DNA from: Eledone cirrhosa
Taxonomy: Eukaryota
Length of the DNA stretch: 64,000 nt
Direction: 5' to 3'
Assembly (NCBI GenBank): GCA_964016885.1
Contig: CAXHJY010000001.1
Coordinates: 248,001-312,000, forward strand
Position 1 is the stretch's first letter. Each line of letters opens with the position of its first letter. Shown here one piece after another: positions 61,901-64,000 of this stretch. A program made the position numbers and the translations under genes. Below the pieces are notes generated by a model. It saw nothing but the letters and a program-made list of their open reading frames with translations. It was not told the DNA's origin and made no database searches.

Positions 61901-64000
61901 CTCTATTGAGATGTCTTTGTCAGTGTCATCCTTTACTCTATTGAGATGTCTTTGTCAGTGTCATCCTTTACTCTATTGAGATGTCTTTGTCAGTGTCATC
62001 CTTTACTTTACTACTGAGATGTCTTTGTCAGTGCCATCCTTTACTCTACTATTGAGATGTCTTTGTCAGTGCCATCTTTACTCTATTGAGATGTCTTTGT
62101 CAGTGTCATCCTTCACTTTACTACTGAGATGTCTTTGTCAGTGCCATCCTTTACTCTACTATTGAGATGTCTTTGTCAGTGCCATCCTTTACTCTATTGA
62201 GATGTCTTTGTCAGTGTCATCCTTCACTTTACTACTGAGATGTCTTTGTCAGTGACATCCTTTACTCTACTATTGAGATGTCTTTGTCAGTGCCATCCTT
62301 TACTCTATTGAGATGTCTTTGTCAGTGTTATCCTTTACTTTACTACTGAGATGTCTTTGTCAGTGCCATCCTTCATTCTACTATTGAGATGTCTTTGTCT
62401 GTGTCATCCTTTACTCTATTGAGATGTCTTTGTCAGTGCCATCCTTTACTCTACTATTGAGATGTCTTTGTCAGTGCCATCCTTTACTCTATTGAGATGT
62501 CTTTGTCAGTGTCATCCTTTACTTTACTACTGAGATGTCTTTGTCAGTGCCATCCTTTACTCTACTATTGAGATGTCTTTGTCAGTGTCATCCTTTACTC
62601 TACCATTGAGATGTCTTTGTCAGTGTCATCCTTTACTCTACTATTGAGATGTCTTTGTCAGTGCCATCCTTTACTCTACTATTGAGATGTCTTTGTCAGT
62701 GTCATCCTTTACTCTACTATTGAGATGTCTTTGTCAGTGACATCATTTACTCTACTATTGAGATGTCTTTGTCAGTGTCATCCTTTACTCTACTATTGAG
62801 ATGTCTTTGTCAGTGTCATCCTTTACTCTATTGAGATGTCTTTGTCTGTGCCATCCTTTACTCTACTATTGAGATGTCTTTGTCAGTGTCATCCTTTACT
62901 CTATTGAGATGTCTTTGTCAGTGCCATCCTTTACTCTACGATTGAGATGTCTTTGTCAGTGCCATCCGTTACTCTACTATTGAGATGTCTTTGTCAGTGT
63001 CATCCTTTACTCTATTGAGATGTCTTTGTCTGTGCCATCCTTTACTTTACTATTGAGATGTCTTTGTCAGTGTCATCCTTTACTCTACTATTGAGATGTC
63101 TTTGTCAGTGTCATCCTTTACTCTACTATTGAGATGTCTTTGTCAGTGTCATCCTTTACTTTACTATTGAGATGTCTTTGTCAGTGCCATCCTTTACTCT
63201 ACTGTTGAGATGTCTTTGTCAGTGTCATCCTTTACTCTATTGAGATGTCTTTGTCAGTACCATCCTTTACTTTACTATTGAGATGTCTTTGTCAAAGCCA
63301 TACTTTACTCTACTATTGAGATGTCTTTGTCAGTGTCATCCTTTAATTTACTATTGAGATGTCTTTGTCAGTGCCATCCTTTACTTTACTACTGAGATGT
63401 CTTTGTCAGTACCATCCTTTACTCTACTATTGGGATATCTTTGTCAGTGTCATCCTTTACTCTACTATTGAGATGTCCTTGTCAGTGCCATCCTTTACTT
63501 TACTACTGAGATGTCTTTGTCAGTGTCATCCTTTACTCTACTATTGAGATGTCTTTGTCAGTGTCATCCTTTACTCTACTATTGAGATGTCTTTGTCAGT
63601 GTCATCCTTTACTCTACTATTGAGATGTCTTTGTCAGTGCCATCCTTTACTCTACTATTGAGATATATTTGTCAGTGCCATCCTTTACTTTACTATTGAG
63701 ATGTCTTTGTCAGTGCCATCCTTTACTCTACTATTGAGATGTCTTTGTCAGTGCCATCCTTTACTCTACTATTGAGATGTCTTTGTCAGTGCCATCCTTT
63801 ACTCTATTGAGATGTCTTTGTCAGTGTCATCCTTCACTTTACTACTGAGATGTCTTTGTCAGTGCCATCCTTTACTCTACTATTGAGATGTCTTTGTCAG
63901 TGCCATCCTTTACTCTATTGAGATGTCTTTGTCAGTGTCATCCTTTACTTTACTACTGAGATGTCTTTGTCAGTGCCATCCTTCATTCTACTATTGAGAT
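43905..64000. repeat. Satellite array B: about 530 tandem monomers of 38 bp (tttgtcagtg[t/c]catcctttactctactattgagatgtc) with a frequent 35-bp variant
   Basis: Period of 38 seen directly (tcagtgtcat at 44101 and 44139). The 35-bp form lacks one cta (ctctattgag). Begins at 43905 and runs off the right edge. Confidence 0.98.

Noticed and set aside
46967-63547. Cys/Leu-rich 60-aa ORFs in array B
   Set aside because: Chance stop-free runs in a 38-bp repeat, recurring only because of block duplications.
1-64000. CRISPR array
   Set aside because: Monomers are head-to-tail with no unique spacers, there are no cas genes, and the context is eukaryotic.

Overview
Eukaryotic (animal-like) DNA made almost entirely of two large tandem arrays around a 2.4-kb unique island. 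Array A (1-41485, open to the left) has about 1000 monomers of 40/42 bp. Array B (43905-64000, open to the right) has about 530 monomers of 38/35 bp. The island holds one clear spliced exon of a fasciclin (FAS1)-domain gene (+ strand, 42232-42388), so both arrays appear to be intronic. It also holds three minus-strand transposon relics: an RTE-like LINE fragment (41486-41620), a probable solo LTR (42569-43113) and a decayed R4/Dong-like reverse transcriptase fragment (43316-43904). Main finding: each array monomer reads, in frame, as the continuation of the LINE coding sequence it abuts. Array A is the RTE motif MLHGSETWVMNVED and array B is DISIVE*RM(A/T)LTK, just before WKxPG. Both satellites therefore appear to have arisen in place by tandem amplification of LINE ORF pieces. 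The many His/Ser/Thr-rich ORFs in the track are repeat artefacts. Family assignments come from motif recognition only; no database search was run.
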